Shown here piece after piece: positions 40,694 to 52,493 of a DNA stretch of 64,000 nt. Source of the stretch: Armatimonadota bacterium (lineage in GTDB: Bacteria > Armatimonadota > UBA5829 > DSUL01). Numbering within the stretch: the first letter of the stretch is position 1; each line of letters opens with the position of its first letter. The translations under genes were made by a program, and so were the position numbers. The DNA is taken from positions 320,001 to 384,000 of the forward strand of contig JBDHZC010000002.1 of NCBI GenBank assembly GCA_039811685.1, given 5' to 3'. Under the pieces are notes generated by a model, which saw only the letters and a program-made list of their open reading frames with translations, was not told where the DNA came from and searched no databases.

Positions 40694-43000
40694 ATGCAAA
40701 GGACTGCTACAAAGAGACGCTCTTCCTCGCACCCTCCCACGCCCCTTGCCGGTGACCTGGCGGGCATAGCGGTCATCGCCATTGGCGTGGTGAGTCTGGT
40801 CAGCGTCGCCTCTCCTCAGGAGGCCGGTGAGTTTGGCCGCGACATCAACTCGGTATTGCGGCTTCTCGCGGGAATCGGCGCCTATCTGTTTCCGCTGCTG
40901 GCGATTGGCGCTGGCGTGACGCTGTTGTTTGGCCAACTGCGCGTTCCGCTGACACGCCGCCTGTTTGCCGCCGCAGGACTGTGGGTCGTCGTCATCAGTT
41001 GGCTGCATGTGTCTATCTCCGGGGGCAATCCGAGGCCAGATGTTTACTTCCAGCCGGCTCTGATGCGCCTCGGCGGAGGGTATATCGGCGCGGGCGTCTC
41101 GTACTTCCTGCTGGTTGCTCTTGGCAAAGTGTCAACGCTGGTGGTTCTGGGCGCTCTGGCGCTGGCGCTGGCTATGGTGACAGTCGATGTAGCGCTGTTT
41201 TCCCAGATTGCGGGGTTTGTTCGCAATCTGCGTACGCAGCAGCCAGAAGATCCGGCGGCGCGAAAGCCGCGGACTGATCCCCGAGCCGCATCCAAAACAT
41301 CCGGTGACGACGAGGACGAAAGCTCCTCTGCGGAGCCAAAAGTGGACCGGCGCAGTATGATTGCGCGCGCCATTGAGGCGCGCAAGCGCCAGAGCGAGGA
41401 GCAACAGACTGACTCACCGGCAGGCCCTGAGCGTCAGATCTCCGTCAACGGACACGCAAAGAATGGCGCTCAGCAGCCTGCCCTCTCACTGGAAGACATT
41501 CCGCCACAGGACAAAGAGTTCGTCCTTCCACCCCTCGAGATTCTGGAAGAGCCACCGCCCACTCCGGAGCGCAGCGCGGATGAGCTGAACGAAAACGTTG
41601 AGATCATAGAGCGCACGCTCAGCGACTTCAAGATTGAAGCCAACGTGGTGGAGATTGCTCACGGGCCGACCGTCACGCGCTACGAAATCGAGCTTGCGCC
41701 AGGCATCCGAGTCAACAAAATTGTCAGCCTGGCCGACAACATCGCCATGTCTCTGTCGGCGATTAATGTCCGCGTGGAAGCGCCGATTCCCGGAAAGGCG
41801 GCCATCGGCGTGGAGGTGCCAAATCGCCACCGGGGTATGGTCGGGCTCAAAGACCTGCTGCGCAGCCCTGACATGGTCAATCACCCGTCCAAACTCGCCT
41901 TCCCGCTGGGCTTTGACGTCTCGGGGCAGCCGATTATTGCGGACCTGGCGGAGATGCCGCATCTGCTGGTGGCGGGTGCGACAGGCATGGGCAAGAGCGT
42001 GATGCTCAACGCACTCATCAGCAGCCTGCTGTTCCGCTCGACACCCGGCGAAGTGCGCATGGTTATGATCGATCCAAAGCGGGTCGAGTTGAGTCTTTTT
42101 GACGGCGTAGCGCACCTCTGCTCACCCGTCATTCGCAACGTGCGCGGCGCGGCTGGCATCTTCAAGGCGGCCGTGCAGGAGATGGACCGCCGCTACGACC
42201 GACTGGAGCAGAAAGGCACCCGCAACATCCACAACTTCAACACTCAGGTGGAGCCTTCCGAACGCATGCCCTACATTGTGATTGTGGTGGATGAGCTGGC
42301 GGATTTGATGATGCAGGCGGCACAGGAAGTGGAAGGGAGCATCGTTCGTCTGGCGCAGCTTGCGCGCGCCGTGGGCATCCATCTTGTGCTCGCGACCCAG
42401 CGCCCAAGTGTGGACGTGGTGACGGGTCTCATCAAAGCCAATATCGCCAGCCGCGTCGCCTTTGCGGTGTCATCCCACATTGACAGCCGAACAATTCTGG
42501 ACGTCAACGGCGCTGAGAGGCTGATTGGCAAAGGAGACATGCTTTTCCGGCCGATGGACGCGCCCAAGCCTATGCGCATCCAGGGGGCCTTTATCTCGGA
42601 GGGCGAGGTCAAGAAGCTGGTGGAGCACCTCAAAGGGCAGCGCAAGCCCGAATATACGCTCACACCCGTTGAAACGGGAGCTGCGGGAGAGGGCGGCGCA
42701 AGAGGCGCTGGAGACGATCCTGCTCTGGCGGATGAGTTCTATCTACCCGCTGTGGAGATGGTGATCCGGCAGGGAAGAGCCTCAACGTCAATGATCCAGC
42801 GCCGATTCAGAATTGGGTATACCCGGGCGGCGAGACTCGTGGATGCTATGGAGCAGCAGGGGCTGGTCGGCGCAGCGGACGGGGCAAATCCACGGGAAGT
42901 TCTGGTCTCACCGGAGCGAATAGACGAGATTCTCGGCCTGCCGCCCTCGGGCTCCCCGTCCGACGACGATTACGAACCCGAAGAAGACGACGCATTCTAA
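40694..43000 (+). CDS. ftsK: DNA translocase FtsK/SpoIIIE
   Basis: N-terminal TM segments; GPTVTRYE, MPHLLVAGATGMGKS, IDPKRVEL, DELADLM, ATQRPS; gamma domain QRRFRIGY.RA. Confidence 0.96.
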   Translation: MQRTATKRRSSSHPPTPLAGDLAGIAVIAIGVVSLVSVASPQEAGEFGRDINSVLRLLAGIGAYLFPLLAIGAGVTLLFGQLRVPLTRRLFAAAGLWVVVISWLHVSISGGNPRPDVYFQPALMRLGGGYIGAGVSYFLLVALGKVSTLVVLGALALALAMVTVDVALFSQIAGFVRNLRTQQPEDPAARKPRTDPRAASKTSGDDEDESSSAEPKVDRRSMIARAIEARKRQSEEQQTDSPAGPERQISVNGHAKNGAQQPALSLEDIPPQDKEFVLPPLEILEEPPPTPERSADELNENVEIIERTLSDFKIEANVVEIAHGPTVTRYEIELAPGIRVNKIVSLADNIAMSLSAINVRVEAPIPGKAAIGVEVPNRHRGMVGLKDLLRSPDMVNHPSKLAFPLGFDVSGQPIIADLAEMPHLLVAGATGMGKSVMLNALISSLLFRSTPGEVRMVMIDPKRVELSLFDGVAHLCSPVIRNVRGAAGIFKAAVQEMDRRYDRLEQKGTRNIHNFNTQVEPSERMPYIVIVVDELADLMMQAAQEVEGSIVRLAQLARAVGIHLVLATQRPSVDVVTGLIKANIASRVAFAVSSHIDSRTILDVNGAERLIGKGDMLFRPMDAPKPMRIQGAFISEGEVKKLVEHLKGQRKPEYTLTPVETGAAGEGGARGAGDDPALADEFYLPAVEMVIRQGRASTSMIQRRFRIGYTRAARLVDAMEQQGLVGAADGANPREVLVSPERIDEILGLPPSGSPSDDDYEPEEDDAF

Positions 43001-43098
43001 ACCTGCCCAGTGTGGCGCGCGTTGCCAAATCTCGCTGTTCGCGGCATACTTGTAAGCTGAGCAGTTGACACGACTTCACCGACTTCGGAGGACCTATT

Positions 43099-44937
43099 TT
43101 GGCCAAGAAATCAGCGGACGCAGCCACAATGCGCAGCGACACAGAGCACTTCGCCCTGACCATTCTCCAGGACAAGCTCTACGAACAGATTCAGTCTTCT
43201 GGACCCAGAAAGACCGGCGAGCTGGTCTCCGGAATCGGGCACCCGGCAGTGAACCTGAGCCTCGCCAAATACGCGCTTCGCTCCTCCAGCCGGTTTGTTC
43301 AGACGCAGAGAAAATGGGACATCTCCGCTCGATGGGAGTCTCCGGAGCTTCCCTTCGAAAAGCTGCTGGAAGGTTTTTTTACCGGATATGGCAGGCCGTT
43401 GACCGCTCAGCAGATTGGCGCCGGCATGGCGACCATCACAGAGCGCGACGAAGAGACCATGACTGCGGTGGCTACCAAGTTTCTGCAGGATTTTGATGCG
43501 TTCACGGCTATTGGCAATGAGTCGTACGGGCTGAAGAGCTGGCTGGTTGACGGGGACTATGAAACGACATCAGACGTCCTTTTCTACAATTTTATGGAGC
43601 CTGAAGACGTGGAGCCGTTCCAGAGCGCCGCAGACAAAGCGGACTGGAAAACAGATCCCGCCGCGGCTGCGCGAGAAGTCGTTCAGAAAGCCAAAGAACC
43701 TGTCAGCATCAAGGCTCTGCAGTTTTTCGCCTGGGAGCACTTCGGGCCAGATATCGATCAGAGTCAGTTGTACGCAGCGATTCTGGCGGATGAGGAGCTG
43801 GGTGTCTCTTCAGACCAGATGGTCTATCCGAAATCAGGCGAGAAGAAGCTTCTTGATGGGCTGAAGACTCTGGCCGCTTCTGTGCAGAACGAGGTGGAAG
43901 AGGAGGAAGACGCTGAGGAGACTCCGCCTACCATCACCGATCAGGACATTGAAGAGTTTGGGCGCATTATTCAGGCCAACGGCGCCGAGACAACTCAGCT
44001 TTCAGACGCTGTACTGAAGATATTTGAGCTTGAGGAAGATGAGCGCGCCTACGAGCCGACTGCCGAGACTCTGACAGAGAGACTGCGGCACGATCCGCGC
44101 TTCACATGGCTGGGGGCAGGGCGTTTCCGCCCGGCCGGAACAGTCCCGGAAGAGTTCCACCAGACCCCGGAGACTCTGCTCATCCCCAAGTACGACTTTG
44201 CGACACCAGATGGTGAGCATTTTGATATCGAAATGGAGACCGCCGGGCTGGAGAGCGGGCTAAGCAAAGAGATTCACGAGCTTTTGGTTCAGGACGTGGG
44301 CGATGAAGACCCGGAAGAGCATCCCGCGAAGCCACCCACGCAAGTGGATCTGGTCTTGAAGTACCACCACAAACAGGAGGGAACCTATCCCCTGGCGCAG
44401 CTTGCGGACGGCTTCTTCGCACTGGAGCCGCAGATACAGGAGATCGTCCTCCGCTACGATGGATCGTCCTATACAGTCTGGCTGAACCGCGAGTCAAGGC
44501 TGCTTTACGGCTTTGGCGAGATTTACGCACTGCTGGACATGCCCATTTCCGGCGGACTGTTCCACCTGAAAGCCACCGACCGCTCGGATGTCTTTGATCT
44601 TGAGTACTCTCAGGAGACGGATGAGACGGCTTCAGTGCAACCGGGACGCCTGCTTGAGCTTCTGCAACTCAAAGAGGAGGCGGACACAGAAAACCTGCCG
44701 ACGTTCGAAGTTGTGTGCAGAATGCTGGAGAGGCAAAGCGGGGGCCTGAGCTATCCGAGATTGTTTGTGGAGCTCAACCTAATCCGCCGCGTGAACCGGT
44801 TGCTGGTCGCCAGCCTTCTGAGCGCCTATCCCTGTTTCTCGCGCCAGGCGACTACCGGGCTGTGGGTGTTTGACGCCAAGAAGAAGTCTCAGGGACTGCA
44901 GAAGTCGAAGCGCAAGTACGTGGTCAGGGAGTACTAA
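43099..44937 (+). CDS. Acidic hypothetical protein with several RNAP-delta/HARE-HTH-like winged-helix repeats
   Basis: GGAGGA RBS plus TTG; repeated wing motifs RFVQTQRKWDI, FTAIGNESYGLKSW, DPRFTWLGAGRF, CFSRQATTGLW. Confidence 0.6.
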   Translation: MAKKSADAATMRSDTEHFALTILQDKLYEQIQSSGPRKTGELVSGIGHPAVNLSLAKYALRSSSRFVQTQRKWDISARWESPELPFEKLLEGFFTGYGRPLTAQQIGAGMATITERDEETMTAVATKFLQDFDAFTAIGNESYGLKSWLVDGDYETTSDVLFYNFMEPEDVEPFQSAADKADWKTDPAAAAREVVQKAKEPVSIKALQFFAWEHFGPDIDQSQLYAAILADEELGVSSDQMVYPKSGEKKLLDGLKTLAASVQNEVEEEEDAEETPPTITDQDIEEFGRIIQANGAETTQLSDAVLKIFELEEDERAYEPTAETLTERLRHDPRFTWLGAGRFRPAGTVPEEFHQTPETLLIPKYDFATPDGEHFDIEMETAGLESGLSKEIHELLVQDVGDEDPEEHPAKPPTQVDLVLKYHHKQEGTYPLAQLADGFFALEPQIQEIVLRYDGSSYTVWLNRESRLLYGFGEIYALLDMPISGGLFHLKATDRSDVFDLEYSQETDETASVQPGRLLELLQLKEEADTENLPTFEVVCRMLERQSGGLSYPRLFVELNLIRRVNRLLVASLLSAYPCFSRQATTGLWVFDAKKKSQGLQKSKRKYVVREY

Positions 44938-45019
44938 AGCTGAACTGTCCTGAGACTACACACGGCCTGAAAAGCTCTCTCTGTAACCTGCCAGTGCCTG
45001 GCCTGAAGGCAGGCGCGCT

Positions 45020-46525
45020 GTGAACGTGCGAACTCGTTTTGCGCCCAGCCCAACCGGCAGCATGCACATTGGAAACGTCCGGAATGCCGCCTTCTCCTGG
45101 CTTCTGGCGCGTCATTTTGAGGGCGAGTTCGTGCTGCGCATTGAGGATACCGACCGCACTCGCTACGTCCCCGGAGCAGTTGAAGAGATAATAGAGGGGC
45201 TGCGCTGGCTCGGTACAGACTGGGATGAAGGCCCGATCTATCAATCCTCGCGCTTGAAACACTACCAGGAGTACGCGCAAAAGCTCCTGGACGGGGGCCA
45301 TGCGTACTGCTGCTGGTGTTCACCAGAACGGCTGGCTGAAATGCGCGAAGAGCAGCAGAAAGCCGGACGGCCGACCGGATACGACCGATATTGCCGGGAA
45401 GACAGCCACGGCAGAAGTCTCGATGAGCCGCACGTCATTCGCTTTGCAATGCCCACACAGGGTACGACCGTGTTTACGGACGCTGTTCGCGGAGAGTTCT
45501 CCTTTGACAACGTACTGCAGGACGATTTTGTGATGCTAAAGGCGGACGGCTACCCGACCTATCATCTGGCCAGCGTCGTGGACGACTACCTGATGAATAT
45601 CACCCACGTTGTGCGCTCGGAAGAGTGGATTTCCAGCACGCCCAAACACCTGCAGCTCTACCACGCGCTCGGGTGGCAGGCTCCAACGCTGGTTCACCCG
45701 CCGCTGATTCTCGGACCGGATCGATCCAAGCTCTCAAAGCGTCATGGCTCAGTTGCTTTCAAGGACTATATCGAGCACGGCTACCTTCCGGACGCCGTTC
45801 TGAACTTTATGGCGCTGCTCGGCTGGTCGCCTGGCGACAACCGCGAAGTGATGACCCGTGAGGAGCTGACCGAAGCGTTCAGTATCGAAGGGATCGTGAA
45901 ACATCCCGCCATCTTCGACATCCAGAAGCTGGACTGGATCAACCAACAGCATACTAACCGTTTGTCCAACGAGGACTACGAAGCGGAAGTCCGCCGCCAC
46001 ATTCGCCTTTGCGAGACTCACGCAGACAAACTGCCAGAGAACGAGCGCGAAGAGAAGTTGTCTGTTCTGAAGCGGTTTGAGGAGATGTTCGACGGGGTGG
46101 ACCCCGACTACCGCTCTGAGGTTATCGCGCTTATGCAGTCTCGCTCCACGCCCGTAGCCGACTTCATAGATTACTCGTGGAACTATTTCGCAACTGATTT
46201 CGACTACGAAGAGAAGGGTTTGAAGTGGTTGCGGGACGAAACTGCGCCAGGCTACTACGAGAAGCTGGAGGCAGCGCTGGAGGCAACCGACTGGGCTTCA
46301 CCGGCGCGCGAGGAGCTGCATGCGCTGCTTGAGGAGCAGATCCGCAGTGTGGGAGCCAGTGTCGGACGCGAGGGAGGCGCTGTGATTCACCCCGTTCGCA
46401 TAGCCAGCACCGGGCGCACCGTTGGACCGTCTCTTTTTGAAGCGCTTGCCGTCCTGGGCAAAGACCGCGTCATCGAACGTCTGCGAAAAGCCCGACAGAA
46501 ATCCCGGGAGCTGAGCGCATCCTGA
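45020..46525 (+). CDS. gltX: Glutamate--tRNA ligase
   Basis: RTRFAPSPTG.MHIGN, LRIEDTD, PTYHLA.VVDD, KLSKR. Confidence 0.97.
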   Translation: MNVRTRFAPSPTGSMHIGNVRNAAFSWLLARHFEGEFVLRIEDTDRTRYVPGAVEEIIEGLRWLGTDWDEGPIYQSSRLKHYQEYAQKLLDGGHAYCCWCSPERLAEMREEQQKAGRPTGYDRYCREDSHGRSLDEPHVIRFAMPTQGTTVFTDAVRGEFSFDNVLQDDFVMLKADGYPTYHLASVVDDYLMNITHVVRSEEWISSTPKHLQLYHALGWQAPTLVHPPLILGPDRSKLSKRHGSVAFKDYIEHGYLPDAVLNFMALLGWSPGDNREVMTREELTEAFSIEGIVKHPAIFDIQKLDWINQQHTNRLSNEDYEAEVRRHIRLCETHADKLPENEREEKLSVLKRFEEMFDGVDPDYRSEVIALMQSRSTPVADFIDYSWNYFATDFDYEEKGLKWLRDETAPGYYEKLEAALEATDWASPAREELHALLEEQIRSVGASVGREGGAVIHPVRIASTGRTVGPSLFEALAVLGKDRVIERLRKARQKSRELSAS

Positions 46526-46526
46526 T

Positions 46527-47264
46527 ATGCCAGTAATTGACACCTACACCATTTTTGGCGCCTGGCCGGCCGGCGGCGCAGACCTTTCGCTGGAGCGGCT
46601 GAAGGCGGCTCTCGACGGGCGCGAGGTTACCGGGGCCATTGCGCACACAACGGACAGCGTTTTTGAGACCACCGCTGAAACACTGCGCAGCTCTTATCAT
46701 CAGGTGAAATCTGCTGGAGGACTCTCACCTGCGGCGGTCATCAACCCCGTGAGCATGGCTCGGCCGTGGGAATACGCCGACGCGATCGCGAAGCAGCCCT
46801 GGGCGTGTGTGCGCTTCTTTCCCAGTCTGCACCGGTGGCCGATCTCGAGATACACGCCGTTTGACAAATGCCTGGAGGCTATCAAACCGTCTGGGATTCC
46901 TGTGAGTGTCGCCATCAACGAGCCAGGACAGATTACAGCGCTGTCGCGAGTCGCGCTAACCCGGGAGATGACAATCATCCTGGTTCACATTCCGACAGAG
47001 TGCGTCTCAGAGATGGAAGCTGTGCTGCCGCTGATGGAAAACTGGCTGGTATCTACTGACGGGCTAACACACCTGGGACTGCTGGAAGAGATGGTGAATG
47101 TCGTCGGTGTGGATAGAATTCTGTTTGGATCGGCCACTCCGCGCGGCAGTATCGAAGGCGCGCTGCGCTATGTGCGCCAGTCGCATGTACCCGAAGCCGC
47201 CAAGGAAGCCATTTTGTTGACTAACGCCCAGCGAGTATTTGGAGATCGTCTTGCCACTGATTGA
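46527..47264 (+). CDS. Amidohydrolase_2-fold protein, metal ligands absent
   Basis: IDTYT in place of ID.H.H; GVDRILFGSATP; KEAILLTNAQRVF. Confidence 0.7.
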   Translation: MPVIDTYTIFGAWPAGGADLSLERLKAALDGREVTGAIAHTTDSVFETTAETLRSSYHQVKSAGGLSPAAVINPVSMARPWEYADAIAKQPWACVRFFPSLHRWPISRYTPFDKCLEAIKPSGIPVSVAINEPGQITALSRVALTREMTIILVHIPTECVSEMEAVLPLMENWLVSTDGLTHLGLLEEMVNVVGVDRILFGSATPRGSIEGALRYVRQSHVPEAAKEAILLTNAQRVFGDRLATD

Positions 47265-47976
47265 TTCCTTCGCAATCCTCGGGCCCGCCGCCCCAGTGCC
47301 TGGAGACTTCGGACGCGAAGAGTTGCTGCGCCGGATGGACGAGCTGGAGATCACACATGCTATCGTCATCAGCGCGCTCGCCATGGATTGCGATTTTGAG
47401 GTTGGCAACGCGTGGCTGGCAAAAGAGATCGAGAATGAACGGCGGCTGCTGGGATATGCGGTGGTCAACACCAATCACCCACCGCAGGCGATTGAAGACA
47501 TGCGCCGCTATATGTCCCGCAAGAACTTCGTCGGCATGATGCTCGTTCAGGGCAACGGCAACACTCCGGTTTCAAACGCGGATTCAGAAGAGATACTCAA
47601 CGCTTACCGGCGCTACGGAAAGCCGCTCCTGATTAGCGCCCCCAACCGCGAATGCGTCTATGCGGCCTCGGCGCTGGCTGCAAAGTTCGACCAGATGAAG
47701 TTCGTTCTGATGGGAATGGGCGGCGAAGACTGGCGATCGGCAATCTCAGCGGCCACTGCCTATCTCAACATCTATCTGTCAACGACAGGAGAGATATCCC
47801 CGGATAAGGTTCGGCAGGCCTGGCCGGCGGTGAACGGACACAGGATCCTTTTCGGGAGCGGAGCGCCGCTGGTGGACCCCGCTATCGTGCTGGGGATGAT
47901 CGAAGAGGTGGAGTTAGCCGGCCGTGAGAAGGACCTGCTCCTGCAGGGCAATGCTTACAGGACGTTTGCTGGCTGA
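47251..47976 (+). CDS. Amidohydrolase_2-fold protein, metal ligands absent
   Basis: TTG after GGAG; IDSFA; MDELEI..A...GN.W; RILFGSGAP; LLQGNAYR.F. Confidence 0.7.
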   Translation: MPLIDSFAILGPAAPVPGDFGREELLRRMDELEITHAIVISALAMDCDFEVGNAWLAKEIENERRLLGYAVVNTNHPPQAIEDMRRYMSRKNFVGMMLVQGNGNTPVSNADSEEILNAYRRYGKPLLISAPNRECVYAASALAAKFDQMKFVLMGMGGEDWRSAISAATAYLNIYLSTTGEISPDKVRQAWPAVNGHRILFGSGAPLVDPAIVLGMIEEVELAGREKDLLLQGNAYRTFAG

Positions 47977-48183
47977 AAAAGCGCTTCTAACACACACGGA
48001 AAGCTGACAGATCAAGCAGTCTGCGCATGGCTATTCCAGCCAGCGCCGTAGCCTCTTTTGCGCGCGCCAGCCAGGTGGACGCGACAGGAACGCTGGGCAC
48101 AACTCCGGACCCTGAGCGCCAGATTGGCGGCGCGACAGCCGTGATTGGCATGACCCGGACGACGCCGACACCGCCGGGACCTG

Positions 48184-48221
48184 AAAAACGAACTGCGGGA
48201 CAGGAAACTCTGTCCCGCAGT
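48184..48221 (-). terminator. Rho-independent terminator
   Basis: ACTGCGGGACAG-agtttc-CTGTCCCGCAGT (12-bp stem) followed by TCGTTTTT on the - strand. Confidence 0.8.
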
Positions 48222-48352
48222 CACATAACCTGATAAACTGAACCCCGCTGCAGCTTACCAGGTTCGGTTTGGTCGCCTTGCGTCTTGTTGCTGTGTCAGC
48301 GGCCACTGGCGTGACCGCTCTTGTGTTGTAACCTTCTCTGATGCTCCTCACA
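48184..48352 (-). ncRNA. Candidate small RNA (~170 nt) behind a SigB-type promoter
   Basis: Promoter at 48383-48359, internal hairpins, strong terminator at 48221-48184; no credible ORF contained within. Confidence 0.5.
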
Positions 48353-48358
48353 CTTGAT

Positions 48359-48383
48359 TTACCCGCGCGCGGCTGAACCAAAC
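48359..48383 (-). promoter_or_regulatory. SigB-type promoter GTTTGG-13-GGGTAA
   Basis: Matches the B. subtilis SigB / mycobacterial SigF consensus GTTT-N15-GGGWAW. Confidence 0.55.
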
Positions 48384-48938
48384 GTAGCCACTAAAGGTGT
48401 TTTTCAACAAATTTCCCCGTACCTCTACTCGTTTTCGCTCCGTGTGCGCCTACTGCGCCCTTCCTTGCGGAATAAACACAGTGAGCGGGGGAATGGATGC
48501 CTCCGAGGGCTATCTGGTCTGGAGTCTGACGGAAGCAAACAGCGCACATCGGACAGCAAGAGATCCTATACTCTGTCGCCGCAACGAAGCTGCTTCGAGG
48601 CGCGCTGGCTGACTTACCAGCAGACTACCGTGTGACCGGTCGCCCGAATCCGCACTTTTCGACCGGATTGGCGTATGAGATATCCCGCGCGCGGCAACCC
48701 CGCCGGGATAGCTGTGCTCGCGGCCTGCAAGGATGCAGACCTGAGCGCGGGAGGAGCAGCGGGAGAAGATTGGACACCCATCTGGATTGGCCAGATGGGT
48801 GTTTTTTTTGCGTACGATTGCCGCTCGGCCGCTAACGGTCATGAGCATTCACGCTGGATAGTCATCAACGCTCCTGAGAAGGAGAAAGACAGGGTCTTTC
48901 TGAGTAGCCGCGCAGTAGCGATTCGAGCGCAAATTACG

Positions 48939-48967
48939 TTGCCTGAAAGGGGACAGCATGCTATAAT
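48939..48967 (+). promoter_or_regulatory. gyrB promoter TTGCCT-17-(TG)TATAAT
   Basis: Extended -10 followed by AGGAGG RBS and the gyrB ATG. Confidence 0.75.
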
Positions 48968-48984
48968 TACTAGGAGGAAAGTGA

Positions 48985-51090
<2,106 letters not shown>

Positions 51091-51114
51091 TTGGCAACCC
51101 GGCAGCCACACCTT

Positions 51115-51148
51115 CAGCGGCGCGGCCTTGGCCGGGCCGCTGTGTTTT
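51115..51148 (+). terminator. Probable terminator after gyrB
   Basis: CAGCGGC-g-CGGCC-tt-GGCCG-g-GCCGCTG then TGTTTT. Confidence 0.65.
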
Positions 51149-51157
51149 CTCTGAGCC

Positions 51158-51748
51158 TTGAAGCAGCCTGCAAGAACCTCGATCTGCGTCTTCGCCTCAT
51201 CCAGCAACTACGTTGCGCCGCACTTCTTCGAAGCAGCCGCTGAGCTCGGACGCCTGATTGCCGAGCGTTCCTACCGCCTTGTCTATGGGGGTGGAGGACT
51301 CGGGCTAATGGGAGAGATTGCGCGAAGCGTTCAAAGCCGGGGTGGACAGGTGGTAAGCGTAACCCCGAAATACCTTAAGATTCCCGGCGTGTACTACGAA
51401 GAGGCGGACGAAGTGATCGTCACGGAAACGTTGCGGGAGAGACAGGCGGTTATGCAGAAGCTGGCCAGCGCATTCATCGCGCTACCGGGCGGCTTCGGGA
51501 CACTGGAAGAGCTGCTGGAAATCATTGCGCTCAAGCAGCTTCGCGTTCACAACATGCCTGTTGTGCTCTTGAACACGCACGGATTCTACGATGCGCTGTC
51601 CCTTGTTTTTGAGCAGATTTACAAGCTGCGCTTTGCGAAGAGTGAGTACCGTAACTACTACTTCCTCGCAAAGAGTCCGGAGGAGGCGCTGGCGCACATC
51701 GAGTCGTACTCACCGCAACCTGAACCGGCTGGGGGAAAGTGGTTCTGA
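51158..51748 (+). CDS. LOG family (TIGR00730-type) nucleotide phosphoribohydrolase
   Basis: ICVF.SS, LVYGGG..GLMG, PGGFGTLEE, P.VLLN..GFYD. Confidence 0.9.
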   Translation: MKQPARTSICVFASSSNYVAPHFFEAAAELGRLIAERSYRLVYGGGGLGLMGEIARSVQSRGGQVVSVTPKYLKIPGVYYEEADEVIVTETLRERQAVMQKLASAFIALPGGFGTLEELLEIIALKQLRVHNMPVVLLNTHGFYDALSLVFEQIYKLRFAKSEYRNYYFLAKSPEEALAHIESYSPQPEPAGGKWF

Positions 51749-51781
51749 CAACGCTGACTATCACTCCCTGGTCCTAACTCC

Positions 51782-52390
51782 TCAGGCGCTCTCCCACCGC
51801 ACCTTCTCCTCAAGCGGACGTCTGACTGATTGGGGCACTGGCTCAGCAGGCCAGCCGAGGAAAAAGAAGCCCAGAAGCCGCTCGTGAGCCTGCAGTCCCA
51901 GCATCTGCGCCACGACAGGATGAGTTGCGAACTCGTTGGTGGTCCATTTGCCTGCAAGTCCGAGCGCACAGGCCATGATGTGCAGATTCTCCACAGCGCC
52001 GGCAACCGCCATCAGCTCTTCGTGCTCCGGCATCTTCAGTGCGCCATCGGGTTTGAGTAACGGCGACATCGCCACAGATATCCACACCGGCGCGCCCCAG
52101 ACGCGGTCGCGCTGCTTCTCGAAAGCCGCCTGATGAAAGGTCTGGGCGCAGGTCTGGCGATAGGCTTCTCCAAAGGCCTCTGACAGCCTGCGCCGGCCAT
52201 CCCCTGTAAAGACCGTAAAGCGCCAGGGTTCGGTCTTGCCGTGACTCGGCGCCCAGTCAGCCGCCCGCAACACTGTTTCCAGAACCTCCCTCGGGACCTC
52301 CCGATCCGAGTGAAGTTGCTCAACTTTCATACTGCGCCGGTTGGCGATAGCGTCAAAAACCGTCTGAGAGGTGTCAGTTAGAGTGGACAT
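51782..52390 (-). CDS. Nitroreductase family protein
   Basis: IANRRS, WAPSHGKTEPWRF, AVENL...A.ALGL...W.T. Confidence 0.88.
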   Translation of the reverse strand: MSTLTDTSQTVFDAIANRRSMKVEQLHSDREVPREVLETVLRAADWAPSHGKTEPWRFTVFTGDGRRRLSEAFGEAYRQTCAQTFHQAAFEKQRDRVWGAPVWISVAMSPLLKPDGALKMPEHEELMAVAGAVENLHIMACALGLAGKWTTNEFATHPVVAQMLGLQAHERLLGFFFLGWPAEPVPQSVRRPLEEKVRWESA

Positions 52391-52493
52391 ACTTCAGAGA
52401 TGGTGACCGCTTTGGCTTCGGCCGTCAAGAGCGGATAGCGGCAGAAGAGCCTCGGACAACGGCGGGCATTCCAGACGGCGGGAGCAGTTCGAT

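Noticed and set aside
48031..48381. 116-aa minus-strand ORF and other short ORFs in the 48.0-48.9 kb intergenic region
   Set aside because: No RBS, atypical composition, and the 116-aa frame crosses a strong terminator.
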